From: Planctomycetota bacterium
GTDB lineage: Bacteria > Planctomycetota > PUPC01 > DSUN01
Length of the DNA stretch: 64,000 nt
Assembly (NCBI GenBank): GCA_035384565.1
Contig: DAOOIT010000017.1
Span: forward strand, 24,579 to 88,578
Direction of reading: 5' to 3'
Shown here: positions 40,091-49,764 of the stretch, piece after piece
How positions within the stretch are numbered: position 1 is the stretch's first letter
Layout: every line of letters starts with the position of its first letter
Program-made: the position numbers and the translations under genes
Notes under the pieces: generated by a model
Databases searched by the model: none
Seen by the model: only the letters and a program-made list of their open reading frames with translations
Told to the model about the DNA's origin: nothing

Positions 40091-41485
40091 ATGAATCGCC
40101 GCTCCTTCCTCCACCAGGCCGCCATTGCCTCCCTGAGCGCGCTCGGCTGCGCGCGGCGCCTGGCCGGCGCCCCGCCGAAGCCCAGGCCCAACTTCGTCTT
40201 CATCCTCATTGACGACATGGGCTGGGCCGACGTGGGCTGCTACGGCAGCACCTTCCACGAGACCCCCAACATTGACCGCCTGGCCACCCAGGGCATGCGC
40301 TTCACCGACGGCTATGCCGCCTGCCCCGTCTGCTCGCCCACCCGCGCGAGCGTGATGACGGGCAAGTACCCCGCGCGCCTCCACCTCACCAACTTCCTCG
40401 TCGGGAAACGCTGGCCCAAGAACCCCCCCATCCTGCCCGTCAACTGGCAGCTCCACCTCCCCCTCGAAGAGGTCACGCTCGCCGAGGCCCTCCAGGCCGC
40501 CGGCTACGCCACCTGCCACGTCGGCAAGTGGCACCTCAACGAGGGCAAACTCTCCACCCCCGACCAGCAGGGCTTCCAGGTCTGCCCCACCAAGATGCCC
40601 AACCGCACCGACAAGCAGGCTTCCGCCATCACCGACGAAGCCCTCAAGTTCATCGAGGCCAGCAAGGACAAGCCCTTCTTCCTCTACCTCTGCCACCAAT
40701 CCGTCCACATCCCCCTTGAGGCCACCGAAGACCTGGTGGCCAAGTACACCGCGCGCGCCAAGCCCGACGCCCCGCAGAACAACCCCCTCTACGCCGGCAT
40801 GGTCGAGTGCGTGGACGCCAGCGTCGGCCGCGTGATGGCCAAGCTGGACGAACTGGGCATTGCCGGCCACACGGTCCTCGTCTTCACCTCCGACAACGGC
40901 GGCCTCTCCGTCAAGGAAGGCCCCAACACCCCCGCCACCTCCAACGCCCCGCTGCGGGCCGGCAAAGGCCACCTCTACGAGGGCGGAATCCGCGAACCCC
41001 TCATCATCCGATGGCCAGGCGTCATCCAGCCAGGCTCCACCTGCTCCATCCCCGTCTGCTCCCAGGACTTCTACCCCACCTTCCTCGAACTCGCAGGCGT
41101 CCCCGCCGACCCCAAGCACGTGGTGGACGGCGAGAGCCTCGTGCCGCTCCTCAAGCAGGCCGGCGGCCTCCAGCGCGACGCCCTCTACTGGCACTACCCC
41201 CACTACAGCAACCAGGGCGGCCGGCCCGGCGGCGCCGTGCGCCAGGGCGACTGGAAGCTCATCGAGTTCTACGACGACGGCGCGCTCGAACTCTATAACC
41301 TCAAGGACGACTTGGGCGAAGCCTCCAACCTCGCCCCCAAGCTGCCCGAGAAGGCCGCCGAGCTGCGCAAGAAACTCGACGACTGGCGGCGCGCCGTCGG
41401 CGCACAGATGCCCGCGCGCAACCCCGACTACGACCCGAAGCTGCCCTCCGGCTGGACCGAACGCCCTCAGCCCGCGCCGAAGTAG
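40091..41485 (+). CDS. Sulfatase (Cys-type, Tat signal)
   Basis: RRSFL motif. CSPTR formylglycine motif. Confidence 0.9.
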   Translation: MNRRSFLHQAAIASLSALGCARRLAGAPPKPRPNFVFILIDDMGWADVGCYGSTFHETPNIDRLATQGMRFTDGYAACPVCSPTRASVMTGKYPARLHLTNFLVGKRWPKNPPILPVNWQLHLPLEEVTLAEALQAAGYATCHVGKWHLNEGKLSTPDQQGFQVCPTKMPNRTDKQASAITDEALKFIEASKDKPFFLYLCHQSVHIPLEATEDLVAKYTARAKPDAPQNNPLYAGMVECVDASVGRVMAKLDELGIAGHTVLVFTSDNGGLSVKEGPNTPATSNAPLRAGKGHLYEGGIREPLIIRWPGVIQPGSTCSIPVCSQDFYPTFLELAGVPADPKHVVDGESLVPLLKQAGGLQRDALYWHYPHYSNQGGRPGGAVRQGDWKLIEFYDDGALELYNLKDDLGEASNLAPKLPEKAAELRKKLDDWRRAVGAQMPARNPDYDPKLPSGWTERPQPAPK

Positions 41486-41497
41486 TGAGGAGCGCGC

Positions 41498-42505
41498 ATG
41501 CCCCGCAAGAAGGCCACCTTCCTGGCGCCTGCCGCCAACGTCGAGCTGGTCTTCGGCCCCGAGCTCATCGCTCGGGCGCAAGCCCTCTGCGATGTCGCAG
41601 CAACCGCCCTCCCCCACAACGACCCCGCCACCGTCAAGGCCGCACTCCGCGGCGTCGAAATCGTCCTCTCCACCTGGGGCATGCCCAGGATGACCCCCGA
41701 CATCCTCGACGCCGCGCCCGACCTCCGCGTCATCCTCTACGGCGCCAGCTCCGTCAAAGGCTTCGTCACCGAAGCCGTCTACGACCGCGGCATCACCGTC
41801 ACCACCGCGGCCCTCGCCAACGCCACCGCCGTGGCCGAGTTCACCGTCGCACTCATCACCCTCTCGCTCAAGAACGCCTGGGCCCACCTGGCCGCGCTGC
41901 GCCGCGAAGGCCGCCGTGCCTGGCGCCGAGCCGACCTCGGCCCCTCCCGTGGCACCCATCGCGCCGTGGTCGGCATCATCGGTGCCAGCGCCACGGGGCG
42001 CGAAACAATCCGTCTTCTGAAAAGCTACACTTGCCCGATCCTCGTCGCAGACCCGTTCCTCACCCTCGACGAGGCCCGCACCCTCGGCGTTGAGAAGACC
42101 GAACTCGACGACCTCATCGCCCGCAGCGACGTGGTCTCCCTCCACGCCCCAAACCTCCCCCACCTCCGACACATGATTGGCGCCACGCAACTGCGGTGCA
42201 TGAGGGACGGCGCGGTCTTCATCAACACCGCGCGCGGCGCACTCGTGGATGAAGAGGCCCTCGTCGCCGAGCTCCGCACGGGCCGCCTCCTCGCCTGCCT
42301 CGATGTCACCGACCCCGAGCCGCCCGCCGAGGGCAGCCCGCTCTACTCCCTCCCCAACGTCATCCTCACCCCCCACCTCGCCGGCGCCACGGGCGCCGAC
42401 TGCCGACGCATGGGCGAGCTGTGCATCCAGGAACTCGAACGCTACCTTGCCGGCCTGCCGCCACTCCATCCCGTCACCCGCGAGCGGCTTCCCTTCACGA
42501 GCTAG
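41498..42505 (+). CDS. D-isomer-specific 2-hydroxyacid dehydrogenase family protein
   Basis: NAD-binding GxxGxxG and catalytic domain pattern. Confidence 0.85.
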   Translation: MPRKKATFLAPAANVELVFGPELIARAQALCDVAATALPHNDPATVKAALRGVEIVLSTWGMPRMTPDILDAAPDLRVILYGASSVKGFVTEAVYDRGITVTTAALANATAVAEFTVALITLSLKNAWAHLAALRREGRRAWRRADLGPSRGTHRAVVGIIGASATGRETIRLLKSYTCPILVADPFLTLDEARTLGVEKTELDDLIARSDVVSLHAPNLPHLRHMIGATQLRCMRDGAVFINTARGALVDEEALVAELRTGRLLACLDVTDPEPPAEGSPLYSLPNVILTPHLAGATGADCRRMGELCIQELERYLAGLPPLHPVTRERLPFTS

Positions 42506-42545
42506 GGTCTGTGCGGAGACCCCCGTGGGCTGCGCTGCGGGGCCA
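42503..42545. repeat. Family 1 element fragment (left arm) starting at a gene stop codon
   Basis: TAGGGTCTGTGCGGAGACCCCCGTGGGCTGCG. A further right-arm fragment lies at 9229-9256. Confidence 0.5.
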
Positions 42546-42597
42546 AAGGGGGCCCAACGTCCCGCAATGACTTACGATCCCCGGGCATGCCCCCTCC

Positions 42598-42711
42598 CAT
42601 ACTTGCTCATCCCGGAATTGAGCGCGAATGGCCGGAACCGCGAGAATCGTCAATCCTCGGCCATCTGCCCATACTTGCTCACCTGCCCCCTCTCAGGGTT
42701 GAGCAAGTATG
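42598..42711. repeat. Family 2 structured repeat, copy 2
   Basis: Perfect 12-bp stem CATACTTGCTCA/TGAGCAAGTATG around the loop CCTGCCCCCTCTCAGGGT. Confidence 0.6.
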
Positions 42712-43051
42712 AGCAGGCCGCTCGCGGGCACTCGCCAGGGCCTTCCCCACGAACCGCCAGGGCCGCAAGGAGCAGGAACGTCTGCACCCCGCACTAGGCC
42801 AACCGAGGCAAGCCCGCCCACCCCCGAGGCACTAGGCGCTCCCTCAGAACCCGCGTCGCCTGCGGCCAGTGGAAGCAGCATGCTCCAGAGACCACCCTCC
42901 CGAAGGTTCCAATACCCTCGGGAGGGTAACGGGAGGGGCGGGCGCTGGGGGGCGCACCCTCCCGAACGCATTGGAACGTTCGGGAGGGGGGGCTCGCTGG
43001 CCGATTCCAGGCGCAGTCTCCCCCCCAAGGACGGCATTCTCGGGCGTGGAC

Positions 43052-43180
43052 TATCTCTGTAGGCCGTCTCCGTTGCGACTCCCCGCAGCGACAAGCGTCC
43101 AGCTTGTCGAACGGCCAAGGGTAACCGCAAGCGGGACGCTCGCGGCTGCCTGGCAGGGGGCACCCTGTTCCGGGGATCTC
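43052..43180. repeat. Family 3 repeat, copy 2
   Basis: See copy 1. Confidence 0.5.
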
Positions 43181-43228
43181 GGCGGCTACAACTACCCGCC
43201 ATTCAAGTCAACTCTCGCGATTTTCCTC

Positions 43229-43256
43229 TTGCACTCTCATGGTGAAGCGCTATAAT
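43229..43256 (+). promoter_or_regulatory. parA promoter (TTGCAC-N16-TATAAT)
   Basis: Read from the sequence. A parS-like site abuts the -10 box. Confidence 0.45.
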
Positions 43257-43271
43257 GTTTCACGTGGAACA
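43256..43271. promoter_or_regulatory. parS-like site TGTTTCACGTGGAACA (15/16 to consensus)
   Basis: Palindrome matching the parS consensus TGTTTCACGTGAAACA with one mismatch. Confidence 0.6.
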
Positions 43272-43444
43272 CGACGCCTGCCGGCCGCCCCGCCAGTGTC
43301 GCGCCTGCGGCCAAGCCAAGCGTCTGGCGCTGGACCCCTGTGCATGATATCCCTCCCCGTTCCGGCGGCGTCTCCCCGATCCACATGCCACGACTCGAGG
43401 CCGCGTGAGACTGCGCGACGCGGCTCCAGGCGGGACCCCTCACG

Positions 43445-44203
43445 ATGAAGGTCGTCGCAATCGCAAATCAGAAGGGCGGCGTGGGCAAGACCACTACCGC
43501 CATGAACCTCGCCGCCTGTGTCGCACTCTCGGGAGCGAGGACCCTCCTTGTAGATATAGACCCCCAGGGGAATGCCACCAGCGGGCTGGGGCATCTGCGG
43601 GCACGCAACGGCGGCGCCCACGATGTCCTCTTCGCGCCCGACAAGACACCCGCGGCTGTCAAAGCCACGGACGTCCCCAACCTCTCGCTCTGTCCCGCCA
43701 GCCGCCTCCTCGGCGGCGCCGAGACCGAGCTGGCCCATCACCCCGACCGGGTCACCCGCTTCCGCAAAGCAGTCGCAGCCATAAGTTCTGATTACGACTA
43801 TGTTTTCGTCGACTGCCCGCCGTCGCTAGGCCTCTTGCCCACCAACGCCCTGGCGGCCGCCGACGGCCTCCTAATCCCCATCCAGTGCGAGTACTACGCC
43901 ATGGAGGGGCTGGCGCAGATGCTCGAGCTCTTCCAGCATGTGCGCGACCACTACAACCCCAAGCTGCGTCTCGAGGGCATCCTCTTCACCATGTACCAGC
44001 CCGGCCTCCCGTACGCCGATGAAGTCGCCAACGAGGTGCGCTACCACTGTGGACAACATGTCTACGAGACCTCGATCCCTCGGGACACGCTGCTCAGTGA
44101 AGCGCCCTCGCACGGCAAGCCGATCATTTACTACGCTCCACGCTCGATCGGAGCCTGGAGCTACGTCGCACTGGCAAAGGAGATTCTCTCCGATGAAGAG
44201 TAG
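43445..44203 (+). CDS. parA: Chromosome partitioning ATPase ParA/Soj
   Basis: KGGVGKTT deviant Walker A. Confidence 0.95.
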   Translation: MKVVAIANQKGGVGKTTTAMNLAACVALSGARTLLVDIDPQGNATSGLGHLRARNGGAHDVLFAPDKTPAAVKATDVPNLSLCPASRLLGGAETELAHHPDRVTRFRKAVAAISSDYDYVFVDCPPSLGLLPTNALAAADGLLIPIQCEYYAMEGLAQMLELFQHVRDHYNPKLRLEGILFTMYQPGLPYADEVANEVRYHCGQHVYETSIPRDTLLSEAPSHGKPIIYYAPRSIGAWSYVALAKEILSDEE

Positions 44204-45080
44204 CCATTTGGGCCGCGGCCTAGGCGCCCTCCTCGGCAACGCCGAGGAACTCCAGCCCGAACCTCAGCAGACCCTCGAAATCCCTGTCGCCAAGGTCAGA
44301 CCCAACCCCAACCAGCCGCGGCACGAATTCGACCAGGACTCCCTCGGCGAGCTCGTCGAGTCGGTCACACGCAACGGAGTGATCCAACCGATCATCGTGC
44401 GCGCACTGGAGGACGGCTACGAGCTCATTGCGGGCGAGCGCCGTTGGCGCGCCGCGCAACTGGCGGGCCTGGCCACCATCCCAGCCATCGTGCGGCCAGC
44501 GAGCGAGAACGAGAGCCTCGAGCTGGCGCTCATCGAGAACATCCAGCGCCAGGACCTCAACCCCATGGAGCAGGCCAGGGCGTACAAGAACCTCATCGAA
44601 CGCTTCAGCCTGACGCAGGAGGAGGCTGCCGCGCGCCTCGGCAAGAAACGCTCCTCGGTGGCTAACATCTTGCGACTATTGGACTTACCAACCGACATCC
44701 AGGACGCTGTTTCACGTGGAACATTGTCCATGGGGCATGCGCGCGCCCTTCTAGCCCTGCCCGACAGAGCCGAGCAAGTGCGCCTCGCCGCGCGCATCCA
44801 GCGCGACGACCTCTCCGTGCGCCAGACTGAGCAGATCGTGAATGACCGACTCAAGCGGGCACGCTCGCACCAATCTACAACCGAGCCCAAGCCTGCCTAC
44901 ATCACGGACCTCGAGGGCAAACTCCGCGAAGCATTGGCCACCCGTGTCACCATCCTGCCCCACAAGCACGACGAGGGGGGACGAATCGTCGTGGACTTCT
45001 TCACGAAGGATGACTTCCAGCGCCTCCTGGAGCGCCTGCTGCCGAGGGCGGGCCGTCCGGAGGAGGCGACCGCGACTTAG
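44193..45080 (+). CDS. parB: Chromosome partitioning protein ParB/Spo0J
   Basis: GERRWRAA ParB box and HTH. 11-nt overlap with parA. Confidence 0.9.
   Translation: MKSSHLGRGLGALLGNAEELQPEPQQTLEIPVAKVRPNPNQPRHEFDQDSLGELVESVTRNGVIQPIIVRALEDGYELIAGERRWRAAQLAGLATIPAIVRPASENESLELALIENIQRQDLNPMEQARAYKNLIERFSLTQEEAAARLGKKRSSVANILRLLDLPTDIQDAVSRGTLSMGHARALLALPDRAEQVRLAARIQRDDLSVRQTEQIVNDRLKRARSHQSTTEPKPAYITDLEGKLREALATRVTILPHKHDEGGRIVVDFFTKDDFQRLLERLLPRAGRPEEATAT
44708..44723. promoter_or_regulatory. Second parS-like site (identical 16-mer) inside parB
   Basis: Identical TGTTTCACGTGGAACA. Confidence 0.55.
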
Positions 45081-45960
45081 AGAGGGGTGGGGGCGACGAG
45101 TGGCTAGTTCCGTAGAGGTGCCGAGTCATGATAGTTCCCGGCGAGTAGGTTACGGGTGTGGCAGAAAGCGAGGTGGCGGCACAGGGGGCAGGTTGGGTAC
45201 AGAGGTAGTCTGGGGCTAGGGAGCAGTTCCTGGGCTGATGGGGGGGCATGGTGGGTGATGCATGAACGCCGGTAGTGTGGTGTAGAACCTCTGGTGCGAT
45301 GAAATCTCGTGGAACCGCGTTGGGTGGGCGGATCGAAATAGGGTCTTGGTGCGAAGGTGGGTGGAGAAGGAACACGAATTGAGTAAAGAGGTGTGAAGCG
45401 AGAGCATAGCGTAGCAAGATGGCTATGGTGAGACGAGTGAAGCAACATCGGAAAGTGCAAGGGTTAGTAAAGCGGAAAGCCACTCTTGGGCGTCGAGGGA
45501 GCATCGTGTAGTAAGGGACAGCGGTATGCTTGGCTCGTGCGGGACTGTGGCATCCTCGGGTGGGTGGCTTGGCTGGGAGATGCCGGGTCAGGTGCGCTAT
45601 GCAAGATGCTTGGGGCTTGGGGGTACCTCGGTCCGTGGGAACGCGGGGTGATGACTGCGCCGCAGCTTTTGTTAGTGGAGCGGCGGGCGATGATGCGGAC
45701 GGTCGCGCAGGCAGCCCCAACCTCCCGCAGGTTCGCAAGCCGCGGGAGGTTCCCGACCCGTCGCCCTTTGTTCCGCGAAGGCGAGGGGCCTCTGAACGGC
45801 CAAGAGGCTCGCCCCACGCAGGGCGTAGGGACGAAAAGAGGGAGCAGAGCGTAAGGACGAGAGGGCGTTGCGCTAAGTGTATGACGGCTGTAGAATCAGA
45901 CGGGTGTGCGCGCGGTGTGGCTGGCGGCCGGGGGCGGGTGGACGATGTAGGAGAGCGCAG
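45081..45960. other. 880-bp non-coding, C-depleted, G-tract-rich, lower-GC island
   Basis: No credible ORF on either strand. Strong strand asymmetry with many GGG/GGGG tracts. Confidence 0.5.
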
Positions 45961-46491
45961 ATGAGGACGGGGTCATGGGTCATGGCGGTGTGCCTGGTGG
46001 GTGCCGCTGCCTGTGAGAGGGGGGAGGGGCCGAAGGCGCGACCGAGTGAGGGGGCGGCGACGAAGCCGAAGGCCGTGGGGCCGCCGGCGCTGCGGATTGC
46101 GCAGTGGTACGGGACGGAGCCTTTGACTCTGGAGGGTCTCAAGGGGAAGGTGGTGTTGTTGGACTTCTGGAACACGATGTGTGGGCCGTGCCGGAAGCTG
46201 ATGCCGCATCTCGATGAGCTGTATCGGAGGCATAAGGCGGAGGGCCTGGTGGTGATTGGGGTGACGGAGGATGAGAAGAACGATCTCGAGGAGTACGTGA
46301 AGGGGACTCCGGTGGGGTATCCGCTGGCTATAGATGAGATGAAGGGAGGGTCGGGGGTGACATTCGACGCGTACAAGATCGTTGCGGTGCCGACGGTGGT
46401 GCTGATCGGCCGCGATGGTGCCGTGGTGTGGCGAGGGACGGGCGAGAAGCTGACGGATGCGATGGTGCTTGCGGAATTGGCGAAGAAGTGA
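45961..46491 (+). CDS. TlpA/redoxin-family thiol-disulfide oxidoreductase lipoprotein
   Basis: Lipobox LVGAAAC. WNTMCGPC thioredoxin motif. AGGAG RBS. Confidence 0.8.
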   Translation: MRTGSWVMAVCLVGAAACERGEGPKARPSEGAATKPKAVGPPALRIAQWYGTEPLTLEGLKGKVVLLDFWNTMCGPCRKLMPHLDELYRRHKAEGLVVIGVTEDEKNDLEEYVKGTPVGYPLAIDEMKGGSGVTFDAYKIVAVPTVVLIGRDGAVVWRGTGEKLTDAMVLAELAKK

Positions 46492-46551
46492 GTGTTCCGG
46501 CGCCGCGATCGGAGTATCATGAGGAGGGAGGCAAGCGGCCGGGCAGGGGGA

Positions 46552-47445
46552 ATGGCCATGATTGCAGGAAGAGCGTTATTCGGTGCGGTGCTGGGCGTGG
46601 CCGTTTGGACCAGTGGATGCGCCTGGCTGGATCCGAGCGTCTACCAGGGGCGCGGGAGCGGTCCGCCCTTTAGCGGGTCGCCAAGGGTTGCCGCGGCGCC
46701 GCAGGGGGCGCAGGGGACCCAGGCGGAAGGGAAGTTGCCGTTCGGCGCCACGCCGCGGAGGGACGAGGGGCTCTGGGGCGTGCCGAAGGAGGGCGATGTC
46801 CTCGGGCGGTCGCCGGACAACGTGGCGATCGTGGTGGAGAAGCTGGACGCGGGCACGGCGTCGGCGATGGACCTGAGCGGGAGCTTCCGTGCGCGCAGCG
46901 GCGAGCGAGTGATCTCGGGTGGGGACCCGGGGGCGGCGCGCGGCGGGCTCAATGTGCGGGTTGTGTCGGGCTCGTTTGCCGGGCGCCTCGGCGGCTCGGT
47001 GAGTCGCACGCGGTCCGGCAGCCGCGACCAGATGTTCATCGTGGTGAGGAGCGGGACGGAAGGCGCGCTGGCGATGGGGAGCGACATCTGGCTGACGCGC
47101 CTGGGCTACTGGACGCCGCGCGGGTATCTGCTGATTGCGGAGCGGGAGTTCGTGGGCCGCCAGCTCGTGGTGCGGCCGACGATTCTGGGCGGCGGGCAGA
47201 TTGCGATCGAGCTCTGGCCGCGCTTCAGCACGCGGCGCGGGAGCGTGGTGGATGTGACGCAGCTCGCGACGCGCGTGACGGTGCGCGACGGGCAGTCGCT
47301 GGTGATCGGCGGGCTGAACACGGCGGACAGCGAGATGACCCTGGCGCTGTTCGGCGTGGGCGGCCGCGAGTCGAGCGGCATGACGGCCATCGTGCTGACC
47401 GCGCAGATCGGCGGTCTGGACATTGACTGGCCCAAGGTGCGGTGA
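46552..47445 (+). CDS. Lipoprotein with secretin-like C-terminal domain (tentative)
   Basis: Lipobox WTSGCAW. C-terminal TRVTVRDGQSLVIGGL...AIVLTAQI resembles a secretin domain. Confidence 0.45.
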   Translation: MAMIAGRALFGAVLGVAVWTSGCAWLDPSVYQGRGSGPPFSGSPRVAAAPQGAQGTQAEGKLPFGATPRRDEGLWGVPKEGDVLGRSPDNVAIVVEKLDAGTASAMDLSGSFRARSGERVISGGDPGAARGGLNVRVVSGSFAGRLGGSVSRTRSGSRDQMFIVVRSGTEGALAMGSDIWLTRLGYWTPRGYLLIAEREFVGRQLVVRPTILGGGQIAIELWPRFSTRRGSVVDVTQLATRVTVRDGQSLVIGGLNTADSEMTLALFGVGGRESSGMTAIVLTAQIGGLDIDWPKVR

Positions 47446-47486
47446 GATCGTGACCCGCGGGCGGACTCTTGAGAAAGGAGCGCGGC

Positions 47487-48134
47487 ATGGTGCAACGGGG
47501 GTCGTGGGGCAGGGCGGTGGCGTGTGCGCTGGCGGCGTTGGCGGCGGGCGCCGCCGGGGCAGGGGAGGGGGAGCGGCCGAGCGAGGCGTTCCGCCGCGAG
47601 TTTCTCGCAGGGATGCCGAAGAGCGCGCTCAGCACGACGCCCGAGGACGCGACGCTGCTGCGCATCCTGGTGGAGGCGCGGCACGCGCAACGCGGGGTGG
47701 AGGTGGGCTCGTACATCGGGTTCGGCGCCTGCCACATGGGAATCGGCTTCGAGCGCACGGGCGGGCATCTCACGACCATCGAGATTGACCCCGCGACGGC
47801 GGAGCAGTGCCGCGAGAACATCCGCAAGATGGGCCTCGAGAAGAGCGTGACGTGTGTGACGGGCGATGCGCTGAAGGTGCTGACCACGCTCGAGGGGCCC
47901 ATTGATTTCCTGTTCATTGACGCCGCGAAGAGCGATTACTTCAAGTACCTGAAGGCCGTGGAGGCGAAACTCAAGGCGGGCGCGGTGATCGTGGCGGACA
48001 ACACGATCCAGTCGGCCGGCGCGATGAGGGACTTCCTGGATTACCTGGCGAACAGCCCGGACTACGAGAGCGTGACGGTGCGTGCGTCGGACGCCAAGCG
48101 CGACGGGATGACGATTGCGTACAAGGTGCGTTGA
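47487..48134 (+). CDS. Class I SAM-dependent O-methyltransferase (family 3) with signal peptide
   Basis: VEVGSYIGFGA SAM-binding motif and FIDA motif. N-terminal signal-like segment. Confidence 0.75.
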   Translation: MVQRGSWGRAVACALAALAAGAAGAGEGERPSEAFRREFLAGMPKSALSTTPEDATLLRILVEARHAQRGVEVGSYIGFGACHMGIGFERTGGHLTTIEIDPATAEQCRENIRKMGLEKSVTCVTGDALKVLTTLEGPIDFLFIDAAKSDYFKYLKAVEAKLKAGAVIVADNTIQSAGAMRDFLDYLANSPDYESVTVRASDAKRDGMTIAYKVR

Positions 48135-48185
48135 GGGACGGGGGAGGGGGCCGTGTGCGCCGGGTGGCGGTGCGCGCGCAGGCGG

Positions 48186-49733
48186 CTACTTGAGTTCGCG
48201 CTTGAGCACCTTGCCGCCGGGGTTGCGCGGGAGCGCGTCGCGGAACTCGACGATGCTGGGCACCTTGTAGCTGGCGAGGCGCTCGGCGCAGTGGCGCTTG
48301 ATGTCGAGCTCGGTGACCTTGTGGCCCTCGCGGGGCACGACGACGGCCTTGACGAGTTCGCCGAGGTAGGCGCTGGCGCCGGTGGCCTCGACGCCGACGA
48401 CGGCGGCCTCCATCACGGCCTCGTGGGTGAGGATGGTGTTCTCGATCTCCATGGCGTAGACGTTTTCGCCGCCGACGATGATCATCTCCTTCTTGCGGCC
48501 GCGGAGGTAGACGTAGCCGTCGGGGTCGGCCATCGCGAGGTCGCCGGTGTTGAAGTACTCCTCGCCCTCGTGGGTGAAGCAGGCCTGCTCGATGAGGCCG
48601 GGGCGCTTCCAGTAGCCGCGCACGATGTTCGAGCGGTGGAAGCAGAGCTGGCCCACGGTGCCGGGGGGCACGGGCTGGAGGTCGTCGCCCACGATGAGCT
48701 GGTGGACCTCGGGCAGCAGTTTGCCGATGGAGTCGGCGTGGGTCGTGGCATCGCAGTTGGGCAGCACGTGGGTGGCCGAGATGGTCTCGGTGAGGCCGAA
48801 GAAGTTGTGGAGGGCGACGCCGGGGAAGCGCTCGCGGAGCTTGTAGATGGTCTGGGGAGGCATCATGGAGCCGGCGTAGGCGATGAGGCGGAGGGACGCG
48901 AGGTCGTGCTTCTCCAGGCCGCGGGCGGTGGCGAGCCAGTAGAAGAGCGTGGGCACGCCGAAGAAGGTGGTGCAGCGGTGGCGCTCGATGAGAGCGACGA
49001 GCTCGGGCACGTGCGGCCGCGGGGCGACGACGATGGTGGAGCCGAGGTAGGCCGAGGCGGGGAGCATCGAGTAGAGCGCGGTGGCGTGGAACATGGGCAC
49101 CACGAGCAGGTGGACGTCCTCGTGGCGCCAGCCGTGGGCGAGGAGGGACATGCGGACGTTGAACAGGAGGTCGGCGTGGTGCATCACGGCGCCCTTGGGC
49201 TGGCCCGTGGTGCCGGAGGTGTGCATGATGATGGCCAGGTCGTCGGGCTGGATGTCGGGCGGGGTGTAGGGCTGGGGCTCGGTGGCGAGGAGTTCGTCGT
49301 AGGGGATCAGCCCGTCCTCCTCGAAGCCGACGCTGACGATGTGGCGGATGTTCGGGCAATCGGGCAAGGCGGCCTGGGCGGTCTTCCAGAGGGTCTTGTG
49401 GGCGAGGAGGGTCGAGCCGTCGGTGGTGCGGAGGATGTGGTGCATCTCCTCGGCGCGCAGGCGGGTGTTGACGGGCACGACCACGGCACCGAGCTTGACG
49501 AGCGCCCAGTAGACGAGAAAGTAGTCGAGGCAGTTGGGCAGGAGGACGGCCACGTTCTCGTGCTGCTTGATCCCGAGGCGATTGACGAATGCCGTGCGGA
49601 GGCGCTCGATCTTGTCGTTGGCCTCGGCGAACGAGAGCGCCACGTCGCCCTCCACGATGGCCGTCTTGCGGGGGAAGCGGGGGAGGTTGTTCTCCCACAT
49701 GTCGCGGGTGCTTCGGATCTCACGGTAGGCCAT
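48186..49733 (-). CDS. AMP-dependent synthetase/ligase (acyl-CoA ligase)
   Basis: MHTSGTTGQPKG AMP-binding motif. Confidence 0.85.
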   Translation of the reverse strand: MAYREIRSTRDMWENNLPRFPRKTAIVEGDVALSFAEANDKIERLRTAFVNRLGIKQHENVAVLLPNCLDYFLVYWALVKLGAVVVPVNTRLRAEEMHHILRTTDGSTLLAHKTLWKTAQAALPDCPNIRHIVSVGFEEDGLIPYDELLATEPQPYTPPDIQPDDLAIIMHTSGTTGQPKGAVMHHADLLFNVRMSLLAHGWRHEDVHLLVVPMFHATALYSMLPASAYLGSTIVVAPRPHVPELVALIERHRCTTFFGVPTLFYWLATARGLEKHDLASLRLIAYAGSMMPPQTIYKLRERFPGVALHNFFGLTETISATHVLPNCDATTHADSIGKLLPEVHQLIVGDDLQPVPPGTVGQLCFHRSNIVRGYWKRPGLIEQACFTHEGEEYFNTGDLAMADPDGYVYLRGRKKEMIIVGGENVYAMEIENTILTHEAVMEAAVVGVEATGASAYLGELVKAVVVPREGHKVTELDIKRHCAERLASYKVPSIVEFRDALPRNPGGKVLKRELK

Positions 49734-49764
49734 GGCATTCTCCTGAGCGGAGGGAACACCGGAG

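Noticed and set aside
45081-45960. oriC in the G-rich island next to parAB
   Set aside because: I could not find clustered DnaA boxes (TTATCCACA/TGTGGATAA) or an AT-rich unwinding element, and dnaA is not in the window. It is kept only as a non-coding island of unknown role.
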